Shown here: positions 21,031 to 31,705 of the stretch, one piece after another | How positions within the stretch are numbered: the first letter of the stretch is position 1 | Layout of the letters: every line of letters begins with the position of its first letter | From: Candidatus Thorarchaeota archaeon | Lineage (GTDB): Archaea; Asgardarchaeota; Thorarchaeia; Thorarchaeales; Thorarchaeaceae | Direction of reading: 5' to 3' | Assembly: GCA_963726195.1 (NCBI GenBank) | Contig: CAVSBO010000005.1 | Span: forward strand, 1 to 64,000 | Length of the DNA: 64,000 nucleotides | The notes under the pieces: generated by a model | Told to the model about the DNA's origin: nothing | The model's database searches: none | What the model saw: the letters and a program-made list of their open reading frames with translations, nothing else | Position numbers and translations under genes: made by a program

Positions 21031-21798
21031 CTACCTTGATTCCCACGAGGGAATCGATTGGTGTACATTACAGTGCAATTCTGTACACTTAGCGCAGATT
21101 CTCGAGTGTTCACTTCTGGACATTACTATTCTGGTCGATATCCAGAACAGTATGACAAGAAGGACGTAAGCGTCAATTCCGAAATTGCCTGCGAGTTCAG
21201 TGACAGCTAAGAGAACAAGAAACGCTCCGTTCACGAAGGCAACGTTGACGCCAACGCGGACAAGCCCGTTCTTTACCTTTAAGGCTCTATAGATTGGATG
21301 CTGAAGTAAGCCCACGGCAACCCCCGCGAATCCAAGCCAGAACAGCAATACGCTGCTGCCCAATGTAATACCCGAAATCAGATACATCGCGCTTCCAGTA
21401 GCCGCGATTGTTCCGCCCAGTGCAAGCCCCGTGCATCCCGCACAGTATACCCTGCCACCGAAGGATATGACATGGCCGGCATATGAGCTGCAAGAATAGT
21501 GATGTCCCCTCCTGTAAACAGCACCGTCTTCCTTGTTGGCTTGTTGGGATTCCCCTAATCCTCTGCGAGAACGCGTGTCGGCCGAGCGCCTCGAACAACC
21601 GGAGGGTCGAACTCCTGCGAGTGTCCCAGATATACAGACTGCAATGAACGCGTACCAGACGATCTGTGATTGCCATCGTGAGATGGCAGGACCTACGCTT
21701 CCCGAGAACACAATTGCCGGGATGAACCCAAGGCTGAGGAGCGACACTGCAAGAAACCAATATGCCTGCATTCTGCTAGAACCGCGGTTCAGTGCCAC
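21031..21798 (-). CDS. Hypothetical multi-TM protein with Cys/His clusters
   Basis: ~6 TM helices; GHHYSC..YAGH...YCAGCTG and C-terminal HSRICAKC..LHC. Confidence 0.75.
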   Translation of the reverse strand: MALNRGSSRMQAYWFLAVSLLSLGFIPAIVFSGSVGPAISRWQSQIVWYAFIAVCISGTLAGVRPSGCSRRSADTRSRRGLGESQQANKEDGAVYRRGHHYSCSSYAGHVISFGGRVYCAGCTGLALGGTIAATGSAMYLISGITLGSSVLLFWLGFAGVAVGLLQHPIYRALKVKNGLVRVGVNVAFVNGAFLVLLAVTELAGNFGIDAYVLLVILFWISTRIVMSRSEHSRICAKCTELHCNVHQSIPSWESR

Positions 21799-23345
21799 TA
21801 GAACATTCCTCGAAATGCTTGAAGGACTCCTTGTCGTGCCATGTATCTGTATGTTCTCCTCTTGATTTTGTTACCTGAGAACACTCCAGTCATTCTTCTG
21901 CTCCAGGATCCATAGAAGCCACGATAACAGTTGTAGAGCTCCTCTTGCACTTCCTTACGCGTAAGATGTTCAGTTGGCATGATCGCATGTGCCATGTCGT
22001 AATGGGCCCAATTCGTGTCCTCAATCCAGCCATTCATCTTGGCTTTGTCGAAGAATGCAGTCCCAGGAAACGGTGTAAGGCACATGAATATCGCGATATC
22101 CGGGTCGAGATCGTTGACATAGGCTCGTAGTCCTTGAATCGTTTCATGGGAATCACTGCGTGATCCTATGATTAGTGTGCCCTGCGCAAAGATATCGTTG
22201 AGTTTCAGAAGACGAAATGCCTCCTTTGACATGGATGGCTCAATCCCCTTATTGAACGACTTCAGTATCTCGGGACTATGACTCTCCACGCCCGCTAGTA
22301 TCCACATCAATCCGGATTTCCGCAGTATTGGAAGGATGTCCTGCTGATTGACGATATCGTCGCATCGTGCCTGCATGAACCACATGATATCGTCTGCAAT
22401 ACCTTTCTTCTGAAGTTCACTACACAGTTCTCTTGTTCGTGGCCCAAGACCGAAGTTGTCGTCAGTCAGCCAGAAGAACCGTGTGCCAAAACTGGTGTAG
22501 CAGTATTCGAACTCATCAGCAATCCGCTTGGGAGACTTAAGTCGCCACTGCCATTGCCAAAACGCGCATTGCGAACAGAAGGAACAGTCATGAGGACAAC
22601 CCCTCGAGGCCTCAATAAGCGCATAGGGGGTCTTTGAGCCTGCCATCAATGAGAAATGATATTTCTTCATATTGTTCTCCACAAGCTCGTATCCCGGAAA
22701 AGGCAGGTCATCCAAATCCTCAATGAGCGGACGGTCTGGCGTTGCTATGATTCTCCCGTTCTTCCTAAAAGAAATGCCTTTGACCTGCGAGAGATCGTAT
22801 TTCCCTCTCAGAGCATCCATCACTTCTGCCAAGGTTTGCTCGCCCTCTCCTCTCACGACCAAGTCAATTTCCGGATAGGATTCAAGTGCTTGTTCAGCCA
22901 AGGCAGTGTAGTGTTGTCCTCCCACAATCGTAGTTATGTTCGGATTGACCTTCTTTGCGATTCCAGCGATTCTGAGTCCTTTGTATGCGTTGCATGTGGC
23001 AAGGGAGTTAGGTGCGACCACATCAGGTCTGAGCGCCTCGATGCGTTTCTCCACTGTTCTCCAATCTATCAGCTCGACTTGGCAATCGAGGACCTCTATG
23101 TCAAGACTGGGATCATGACGCCGCAAATATGCAGCAAGGTTCAGTATGCCTAGTGGAGGGGGAAGGTACTCACCCATTACGAACCAGAAGTCTTTCGGAG
23201 GCTCTACAAACAGTATCCTCAAGCTGAGCTCACCGTTAGTCGTGGTCTTTTCTTTGGGAAGCATGATATAACAACTTCCTCCTTCAACGCTATCAGTGTG
23301 AGTTTCACTCAAGAAGAGAGCATTCAGAATTAGGGCTTCTCCCAC
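21798..23345 (-). CDS. B12-binding radical SAM protein (start probably ~23230-23263)
   Basis: PPLGILNLAAYL cobalamin domain; SRGCPHDCSFC; GVES. Confidence 0.93.
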   Translation of the reverse strand: MGEALILNALFLSETHTDSVEGGSCYIMLPKEKTTTNGELSLRILFVEPPKDFWFVMGEYLPPPLGILNLAAYLRRHDPSLDIEVLDCQVELIDWRTVEKRIEALRPDVVAPNSLATCNAYKGLRIAGIAKKVNPNITTIVGGQHYTALAEQALESYPEIDLVVRGEGEQTLAEVMDALRGKYDLSQVKGISFRKNGRIIATPDRPLIEDLDDLPFPGYELVENNMKKYHFSLMAGSKTPYALIEASRGCPHDCSFCSQCAFWQWQWRLKSPKRIADEFEYCYTSFGTRFFWLTDDNFGLGPRTRELCSELQKKGIADDIMWFMQARCDDIVNQQDILPILRKSGLMWILAGVESHSPEILKSFNKGIEPSMSKEAFRLLKLNDIFAQGTLIIGSRSDSHETIQGLRAYVNDLDPDIAIFMCLTPFPGTAFFDKAKMNGWIEDTNWAHYDMAHAIMPTEHLTRKEVQEELYNCYRGFYGSWSRRMTGVFSGNKIKRRTYRYMARQGVLQAFRGMF

Positions 23346-23411
23346 GCATGTTGGCTAATGGAAGGCTTTTTCATTCGCTCCTATCTACACGTCCGTCTCG
23401 GATGTGACTTC

Positions 23412-24596
23412 ATGCTCGAGGATTTGGACTCGCTGATGGAGGCCGCCGGCGTCGATGCCATCGTTGCTGAGGGTAATGCCTTCACGACCCCGGACATATT
23501 CTGGCTGACTGGTTTCCGGTCTCCGGATCAGATTACATACTTCAAGGCTCGTGGTGACGATGGTGTAGTTGCAGCCGGATTCAACGCACTGGATCGGATT
23601 CGAAAAGAAAGCTTCGTGACACGCACTCATGATCTTACAGACCTCCTTACTCAACTCATGAGGCAGAACAAGAGAGCAGAGGACAACCCCGACCTGGTGT
23701 ACGGGGACATCTTCAGGAAGCTCTTCACTGGCAAAGTCGTGGGCGTGCCCGACCATATACCTGCAAGAGTACTGGTTGCGATACAGCAGATGGGGTATGT
23801 GGTCAAGGTTGTTCCCAACCTTCTGAAAGATGCTCGTGCCACCAAGTCGGGCGCAGAGGTCAAGGCAATCAAGAGAGCAGGAGACGCCACAATCGAGAGT
23901 TTGTCACAGGTTGTTCAGATGATAAAGGAAGCCAAGATCGGTCCCAACAAGACCTTGCTCCATCGCGGAGAGCCTCTTACTGTGAACGATATCAAGCTGG
24001 CTCTTGAGCGAGCTCAGCTTGAGAGAAGTGCCGAATCGGCCGAGGACACCATTGTCGCAGTGGGGCGAAAGGCGTTCGACTGGCACTACCTAGGAGCTCC
24101 AAGGGACGTGCTCAAGGCAGGGGAACCAATTATCATCGATGTATATCCTCGGCTGAAGCTTGACCGCTATGTAGCCGATGTCACCCGCACTGTGGTTAAG
24201 GGCTCTCTGAGCGAAAAAGTGCAACTCATGTATGATTCTGTAATGGAAGCCTCTGATGCTGCCATTGATGCCCTGAGGGATGGAGCACTAATTGATGATG
24301 TCAACATGGCGTGTTACCATTCATTGAAAGCACATGGTTTTGATTCAAGACGTCTCAACCCCTCTGCAACCGAGGGCATGACCCATGGTCTCGGTCATGG
24401 TATTGGACTTGAGGTTCACGAGAATCCCAGCATGTACCGATACAAAAACCGGTTCTCTGAAGGGCATGTCATGGCAATTGAACCGGGCGTCTATCTCAAG
24501 TCCATAGGTGGCGTTCGTGTCGAGAATGACTATGCCGTGACAAAGGGAAAAGCCAAGCGCCTCACTCCGGGTTTGGACGATGTGATTTCATTGTGA
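23412..24596 (+). CDS. Xaa-Pro aminopeptidase (M24)
   Basis: YVADVTRT, HGLGHGIGLEVHE, IEPGVY, GGVRVEND. Confidence 0.94.
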   Translation: MLEDLDSLMEAAGVDAIVAEGNAFTTPDIFWLTGFRSPDQITYFKARGDDGVVAAGFNALDRIRKESFVTRTHDLTDLLTQLMRQNKRAEDNPDLVYGDIFRKLFTGKVVGVPDHIPARVLVAIQQMGYVVKVVPNLLKDARATKSGAEVKAIKRAGDATIESLSQVVQMIKEAKIGPNKTLLHRGEPLTVNDIKLALERAQLERSAESAEDTIVAVGRKAFDWHYLGAPRDVLKAGEPIIIDVYPRLKLDRYVADVTRTVVKGSLSEKVQLMYDSVMEASDAAIDALRDGALIDDVNMACYHSLKAHGFDSRRLNPSATEGMTHGLGHGIGLEVHENPSMYRYKNRFSEGHVMAIEPGVYLKSIGGVRVENDYAVTKGKAKRLTPGLDDVISL

Positions 24597-24612
24597 GATT
24601 GAACTGCAGCCG

Positions 24613-25707
24613 CTAGCGGGCGCTCAGAGCAAACTGAGGACAAATGGTCACACACAGTCCACATCCAGCGCAACTTCTCCGATCAATCCGAATAGATTCC
24701 CTGTCTCGATCAACAGAAATCGCCGAGTAGACGCACGACTTTGAGCAAAGCCCACAGAAGTTGCATTTCGTCGCATCCACTTTTGGCGGATAGGCGGGTG
24801 CAGTAGCCTTGCTGACACCCCTGAGGGCACGACCTCGGACTGATTCAACGCTTTCATGACCGTGGTTATCGAGCCAATCACTAATCTCCGCTGATATCCT
24901 ACCGTACACAGCCGGTCCTTCGAGTATTGCCGCCGTGCAGACTTGCACTGCCGAAGCACCAGCCATGAAGAACTCGATCGCGTCCTCGCCGCTGATTACT
25001 CCGCCGACTGCTATGACGGGTAACTTCACAGCTTGGGCAACATCTGCAACGCACCTGAGTGCGAGTGGCTTAATTGCAGGTCCGCTCAGCCAGCCGTAGC
25101 CCTTCTCACCACCGAGCACGGGCTGACCTGTTTCTATGTCAATATGCAAACAGGGCCCCAGAGTGTTAATTGCAACAATCCCATCGACACTTGACTCGAC
25201 TTCTTTGGCGACCTTAGCCACATCCACCTGTGGGCTTATCTTCGCGAATATCGGGACCGAAACACTGTCTCTCAGAGCCTTGGCAATCTCTCTGTGACCC
25301 CCGACATAATGAGTACTGAATTCGATAGCACTAACCCCCGCCTTCTCTACCATGGGCCCGATCTGCGAGACCTCCTGAGGTGTGTACCCAATGCTTGCTA
25401 TCACAGGCAAACCCGAGCTTAGTGCCATTCGGTACTCTTGCTTAATCCACCTCTCAAGTGGAAGTTCACTCCAGAGTTCGGCATTTAGCATTCCTCGCCT
25501 AGATCCAAGTTTGCCGGGCTGCAAGACTGCCATGTTGGGCTTCGTCACGACCGCAGGCTTGAGGCTGACAGTCTTGGTCACGAGACCACCCGCACCTCCT
25601 GAAGCGGCTTTCAGGAGAGATTCTCCATCACGCGATGTGGGTCCAGCTGCTGTCAAGACCGGATTCTTGAATTGAATCCCTGCTATCTCTACGGCGAGGT
25701 CAGCCAT
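24613..25707 (-). CDS. Dihydroorotate/dihydropyrimidine dehydrogenase (PreA-like) FMN protein with C-terminal 2x[4Fe-4S]
   Basis: NPVLTAAGP, VTKTV, AKISP, AINT, GWLSGPAIKP, AVGGV, AGASAVQV, two CxxCxxC motifs. Confidence 0.88.
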   Translation of the reverse strand: MADLAVEIAGIQFKNPVLTAAGPTSRDGESLLKAASGGAGGLVTKTVSLKPAVVTKPNMAVLQPGKLGSRRGMLNAELWSELPLERWIKQEYRMALSSGLPVIASIGYTPQEVSQIGPMVEKAGVSAIEFSTHYVGGHREIAKALRDSVSVPIFAKISPQVDVAKVAKEVESSVDGIVAINTLGPCLHIDIETGQPVLGGEKGYGWLSGPAIKPLALRCVADVAQAVKLPVIAVGGVISGEDAIEFFMAGASAVQVCTAAILEGPAVYGRISAEISDWLDNHGHESVESVRGRALRGVSKATAPAYPPKVDATKCNFCGLCSKSCVYSAISVDRDRESIRIDRRSCAGCGLCVTICPQFALSAR

Positions 25708-25765
25708 ACTCAATTCTCAAGGCGCGTCTGGCATAAGAGTTCTGCCCTCTTGGGCTGTGGGAGCG

Positions 25766-27699
25766 TTACGCACATGCAAGCATTCTTCTGGCCTCAAGAT
25801 CCTTGGCCACTGAACCCATGTCTAGCCGAATCAGGGTCTCCTTCTTTGGATAACCCGTCTTGGGATCGCAACCCCGGAACTTGTAGTATTCATCAAGCAT
25901 GTAATCGAGATTCGGAAGTCCGCCCTTTGCTGGTCCGGTAGGCATCGGGTCGGATAGGAGTCTCTTCGGCAAAGTTTCTTGTTTCCGCGTTATGCCAAGA
26001 CGGTGATTGTATGCCCTTCTCAGATGACAGATTCTCTCTGCAGCTTCCCGGACATACTTCAGGTCGCCCCACTCGGTCATGCCCGTGAGAGGCGGAATGA
26101 CATTCACAAACGTGTCAAAGTAGTAAACCGGAGGCCACATCGTTGAGTATTTGCAAATCACCGCAGAGTCCACGAGAGCGTAGAGGTCTTCAACATCCTT
26201 GACCACCTCGCCCTTGTAAATCGGCGACATAATCTTCATGATTTCGTCGGACTTCTCTTTCCCGAATCTCTTGATGATGACCTCCGGATAGCCTAGTTCT
26301 TCAAGACTTGAGAGACTTCTGAGGTGATCTGCTCCCCTGACATTGATAGCATATGAGAGTCCAATCGATTGGTGCGCACGCGGGTCTTGTCCCGAAGCCT
26401 CTAAGCCCTTTGAGTGGATGGCGTAAAGCGACGCATTGCCTCCAATCTTCTCTGCAGCCCGCCTTGTCCCTTGAGCGAGTAGAGCCCCAATCCCTTCCTT
26501 CTTCGATATCATCTCAACAAGCTTGACCATCGAGTCCACATTTCCCCAAGAGAGGTCGAGTCCCCCGGTGTCCTTGGATGTGATTATGCCCTTTTCCCAC
26601 AGCTCCATGGCGAAGCCAATGCTCTTGCCGCATGAGATCGTGTCCATGCCAAGACGATCGCATCTGGTTCCGAGGAACAAGATGGATTCGAGGTTGTTGT
26701 TGAGGCAGTTGGAGCCGAACGCCATGATGCTCTCATATTCAGGACCCCCGACGGGCCCCGTCGCGAACTTTCCCTCTTTGATTCGATAGACATACTTGCA
26801 GCCTATCGAACAACCATAGCATGCTTCCTCTGCGATTCTGTACGTTCGCGCAATAGCCTCCGGACCGATTTGGTCTGCTTGTTCATAGAATCCTGTCCAG
26901 TGATTCTTGGTCGGGAGCCTCCCGATTTCGTTAATCTGGGCCACAAGGCCTGTAGTCCCATAGTTCCTCAATGACCCAATCGACTCTTTCCACAACGGGT
27001 CCTTGAGTTGGCCATCTCTTGCTCATTCGCTTTCAGGTAAGCATCCATGTCATATGCTTCGAGACCTAATGAGCCGCTCGCAGCAATACCTTTCAGATTC
27101 TTTGAGCCCATGACCGCTCCGAGTCCCGTTCGTCCTGCAGAACGATGGGCATCGACAGAGATACAGCCGAAGAGTACTTGATTCTCGCCTGCCGGTCCTA
27201 TGACAGCGGTTTGTATGGAGGGGTCTTTATGCTCTTCGCGAATCATCTGAATAGTAACATCTGTCTCTCGCCCCCAGAGACTCGATGCATCACGTATCTC
27301 GGCCTTTCCGTCACACAGGTAGAGATAGACTGGCCTCGGAGACCTTCCATGAATAATGATGAGATCGAACCCTGCGTACTTCAATTCTGGACCAAAGAAG
27401 CCGCCAACATGGCTCTCGGCCCATATGCCCGTGAGAGGCCCCTTCGATGCAAACATCATCCTGCCCGAGGGAGAAAACGTCACGCCTGTGAGAGGTCCCG
27501 TTGCAGCGACCAGCACATTGTCGGGAGAAAGCGGCTGGGTCTGAGGGCCAGTGCGATCCCAGAGAATCTTGGCGGCTACACCGGTTCCGCCGAGGTAGAG
27601 TCTGGCCCACTCTTTCTCCATCTCTTGCTTGTGCAGACTCCCCTTGGTCAAGTCAGCTTCGAGGTAGTAACCTGCATAACCCTTGTACGGGAATGACAT
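25766..27699 (-). CDS. Aldehyde:ferredoxin oxidoreductase (tungsten AOR) family protein 2 (frameshift ~27008)
   Basis: GPAGEN, GRTGLGAVMGSKNLK, ACYGCSIGC, GPEYES, GMDTISCG, RGADH, LDEYYKFRG. One added A joins the two ORFs. Confidence 0.92.
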
Positions 27700-27701
27700 C
27701 C

Positions 27702-28187
27702 TCAAGCTCCCTCCTCAGTGAGATGGTACGACTGCAGTGCTCTCTTGGCTCCCTCACATCTTATCAGAGCGCCTTGAGGTTCTCTGAGCAGGATCGTGAT
27801 TGCACCATATGAGCATGCCTTCACGCATGCCGGATTGCCCTGACACAAATCGCACTTGATGGCTTTCCTCGTTGCGGGATCCAGGACCACCCCTCCGTAA
27901 ATGCATGCGGTTACGCAATCGCCGCAGCCGACACATTTCTTAGCATCGACCATCAGCGTCCCTGAATCATCCTTGACGATAGCACTGGTCGGGCATGCAC
28001 CCACGCAGAGAGGTATTTCACAATGCAAGCAGACAATGGGCAAGATGACGTTCTTGGACTCGTCCCTGAGAACTTGGATTCTTGACCTGCGGGGATTGAA
28101 CGTCGATGTGTGTCTTTGACTGCAGGCAAGTTCGCAATTACGACATCCTGTGCAGAGTCTAACATCTATAACGAGGATGTTGTTCAT
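27702..28187 (-). CDS. 4Fe-4S dicluster electron-transfer subunit of AOR
   Basis: CTGCRNCELAC, CLHC..PLCVGACP, CVGCGDCVTAC, KCDLC...PACVKAC. Confidence 0.9.
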   Translation of the reverse strand: MNNILVIDVRLCTGCRNCELACSQRHTSTFNPRRSRIQVLRDESKNVILPIVCLHCEIPLCVGACPTSAIVKDDSGTLMVDAKKCVGCGDCVTACIYGGVVLDPATRKAIKCDLCQGNPACVKACSYGAITILLREPQGALIRCEGAKRALQSYHLTEEGA

Positions 28188-28360
28188 GCCTTTTGGACAC
28201 TCCAAGCTCGGTAGCGTAGCCTCTGAGCACAGGTCTTTCGCTCATTTAAGATATTGTTATTCTAGCACTCCCTCCATCACATGAAAGTACTAAAGTCATG
28301 TATATCTTGGCTGTCCGCCGGATTGCACGTCATATGCTGATGCGCGTCTGATGTAGTTCT

Positions 28361-30172
28361 ATGTTGGCTTCCGCTATGAAAAGCCCCAGTCTACGGAACA
28401 CTAGTCGCCCAGACCAGACCCAGTTCAGACAGTTCACAGAGGATATGCCCATAGCGGTAGCTGAACTCGATGCTGACCTGAATATTGTCTACGCCAACCG
28501 TTCTGCTCTTGACCTGCTTGGCCTGACACCTTCCGATATCAAAGCGGGTGTTCACGCCGACCAGCTCGTAGTTCCAGAGCAAGTTCGGATGATTCATGAT
28601 GGCCTGAGACAACTTGCCGCTGGCGCGAAAGCCACATCCATGTCGCTCAGGCTATTGCGTCGGAATAGCATCCAAATCCTCACAGAGGTTTTTTCTCAGC
28701 CGATTCTGTCCGGAGACAAGCTGACTGGCTTTCTGGTGTACGCCTTTGACCTATCACGCAGAGAAGTCGTTGAGGACAAAATCAAAGACGAGATGGACGT
28801 GTTCACAATGATTATTGAGCACGCCTACGCCGGAATGTTTGTCATAGACAACAAATACTCCTTTGAATATGTCAATGACCGGCTGTGCGATATCCTCGGA
28901 AGACCCAGAAGTGGGATATTGGGGCACGACTTCAGGGAGGTTCTGCATCCGGACAGTCTTGAGCTCACTGCTGAAAGGTACCGGAAGAGACAGGCCGGGG
29001 AGAGCGTCCCATCGGAGTACGACATAAAGGTAATCCGCAGTGATGGCGTAGTACGCGACCTCAGGCTGAGCAGCCGGACAATGACGAACCGACGGGGGCA
29101 GGTCAAGACTGTATCACAGGTCGTGGATATCACTGAAGATAAAGAAAGGGAAATGAGGCTAGAGGCTAGCGAGCACCGGTATCGCACTCTGGTTGAGACG
29201 ATGGACTCCGGACTAGCCGTGGACGACGAGAATAGCCTAATCGTATTTGCAAATGCCGCTCTCTGTAGGATGCTAGGCTATGATTCAAGTGAAGGTCTTG
29301 TCGGACGACCGGTGACTGACATGATCCATGGATGGTCAAGAGATGACGTCGAAGAGAAGATGAAGGCCCGACGAGAGGGCAGGGTGGAGCACTATGATGT
29401 GGACCTTATTCGCAAGTCGGGGGCACTCATTCCCGCCATGGTCGCAGCATCGCCTTTATTCGATTCCGCCGAAAGATATCTTGGCAGTTTCGCAATCTTC
29501 ACCGATGTGTCTGAGTTGAAAAGCGCAGAGGAGGAAGCGAAGTTTCTGCTTGATTTACTTCTCCACGATGTTGGCAATCAACTGCAGCTGATACTCGCAG
29601 GTGCTGACCTTCTTGAAAATGGTTCTGTCACACCAGAGGTGGAGAATGCCAGACGCTACGTGACTGAGGGTGCCAACAGGTGCATTGAGCTGATTAACAA
29701 GGTCAGAAGGGCAGAGGAAGCGAAGGCCGAACCACTCGTGACGATGGACCTTATGGAGGTGCTTGACGCTGAGACACGATTACTGTCTAGGCAATACCAT
29801 ATCGAGCCCGAAACTGGATTTCTTCCCGAACACCTTTACATTCTGGCGGACAGCTCACTTAACCATCTACTGTGGAATCTAATGGAGAACGCCATCAAGC
29901 ATAATCCTTCACTCGACAAGCGCTTGTGGATAAACGGCGAGTTCTCTGGAAGCATGTTTGAGCTAAGAATTGGAGACAACGGTCCGGGCTTATCTGACTC
30001 AAAGAAGAGGCAGTTCTTCGACCCTAGGCGTCGATACGGCGGTGTGGGTCTCCACCTTGTTCATCGACTTGCGGACAAGTATGGTGCATGGGTGGAGGCA
30101 AAGGATAGAGTTCCCGGCAGTCCCGAACAAGGGCTTGAGGTTCGCATCCGCTTTCTAGTGATGTCCCAGTAA
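28361..30172 (+). CDS. Multi-PAS sensor histidine kinase (cytoplasmic)
   Basis: Three PAS domains; H-box LLHDVGNQL; NLMENAIKH, DNGPG, GGVGL. Confidence 0.92.
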   Translation: MLASAMKSPSLRNTSRPDQTQFRQFTEDMPIAVAELDADLNIVYANRSALDLLGLTPSDIKAGVHADQLVVPEQVRMIHDGLRQLAAGAKATSMSLRLLRRNSIQILTEVFSQPILSGDKLTGFLVYAFDLSRREVVEDKIKDEMDVFTMIIEHAYAGMFVIDNKYSFEYVNDRLCDILGRPRSGILGHDFREVLHPDSLELTAERYRKRQAGESVPSEYDIKVIRSDGVVRDLRLSSRTMTNRRGQVKTVSQVVDITEDKEREMRLEASEHRYRTLVETMDSGLAVDDENSLIVFANAALCRMLGYDSSEGLVGRPVTDMIHGWSRDDVEEKMKARREGRVEHYDVDLIRKSGALIPAMVAASPLFDSAERYLGSFAIFTDVSELKSAEEEAKFLLDLLLHDVGNQLQLILAGADLLENGSVTPEVENARRYVTEGANRCIELINKVRRAEEAKAEPLVTMDLMEVLDAETRLLSRQYHIEPETGFLPEHLYILADSSLNHLLWNLMENAIKHNPSLDKRLWINGEFSGSMFELRIGDNGPGLSDSKKRQFFDPRRRYGGVGLHLVHRLADKYGAWVEAKDRVPGSPEQGLEVRIRFLVMSQ

Positions 30173-30242
30173 TCAAATGCGGCTGACCACAATCATTATG
30201 TTCAGGCCAGCGAGTTTGCATGCATTGACTGAGGATTGACAA

Positions 30243-31641
30243 TTGCCGGCGCACAGTTCGCTTCTTATCAAGAATGGCTACGTTGTTACAATGAATGCTC
30301 AGAGACAGATCATCCGTGACGGCGCGGTGCTGATTGAGGACGACAGGATTGTCTCGGTGGACAAGACAGACAAGATTCGAGGACGTGACGCAGAGACAGT
30401 AATCAACGCAAAGAACATGCTGGTCATGCCAGGGCTGGTAGATACTCACGTCCACCTTGCTCAAGCCCTTCTCAGAGGTTGTGCTGACGATGTGGCGCTT
30501 GTGGACTGGTTGAAGAACCGCGTGTGGGTGCTTCAAGGCAACTTCACTCGGGAGGATGGTAAGACATCTGCCAAGCTGTGCATGGCTGAGATGATCAGGA
30601 CTGGCACAACCTCCTTTGTGGAATGCATGATTCACACCCGGTATGGATTTGATGGAATTGCGAAGGCCGTCGAAGAGGCAGGCATGCGGGCTGCCCTATC
30701 AAAAATCATCATGGACTCCACCGGGTACGCGGACAACCCTGACATCATGTATCCGGGCATGGTCGAGGAGAAGGATGCGTCCCTGAATGAAGCAGATGCA
30801 ATGTTTGCGAAATGGCATGGCAAATCAGAGGGCCGCATTCAGATCTGGTACGGGCTCCGATCTCTCGGAGCGGTGAGCACGGACCTGTTCAAAGAGGTTG
30901 TTCACAGGGCCAAGTCTCATGAAATGAGAATGACAATGCATCTAGGAGAAGTCATTGACGATGTTCGGTATGTCAAGCAGAAGAACTACCCCAATCTAAC
31001 GAGCTTTGCTAGGGACATTGGCCTCTTGGGACCGAGCATGGTGTTCGCCCATGGTGTGCACTTCGACGACGCAGACCTGAAGGCCTTAGCCGAGACCAAG
31101 TCCAATGTGTTCTCACTGCCCGGCGAGCAACATGAAACTTGCATCAGGTTTCGCTAGGATTCCCGACATGCTCAGACTTGGTGTTGCGGTCTCACTTGGT
31201 TGTGATGGAGGCCCGAGCAACAACACTTACGACATGATTCGAGAGATGCGTTTGGCCGCTCTGATTCACAAGCCCATTCAGAACGATCCAACGGTGGTCA
31301 GCGCAGAGAACGTTATGGAAATGGCGACGATTGGAGGTGCCGCAGCCATCGGTCTCCAAGACAAAGTCGGATCACTGGAGAGGGGTAAGCTCGCTGACCT
31401 CATCCTCGTTGACCTGAAAGACATTGGGTTGACTCCGGCGTGGAATCCGGTTTCGAATCTGGTTTACGCAGGCAGCGGTAAATGTGTGGACACTGTTATT
31501 GTCAATGGACGTGTGCTCCTGAGAAGAAAGCGGCTCCTAACCCTGAACGAAGCTGAAATCATGGCTGAGGCAAACGAGCGGCTTGCTGCGCTGCTGTCCC
31601 GGGCTGGTGTGAAAATAGAGCCGAAATGGCCAGTGACCTGA
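30243..31641 (+). CDS. Amidohydrolase/deaminase (MtaD/SsnA/TrzA-like; frameshift ~31110)
   Basis: MPGLVDTHVH, HLGE, AHGVH, SHCPASNMKLASG, GCDGGPSNN, GSLERGKLADL. Confidence 0.9.
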
Positions 31642-31705
31642 TGGTTGACCGCACTCTTCCGAAGATCTCAGCGTCCTATTGATAGTATTGGTTCCGTGAG
31701 GCGAA

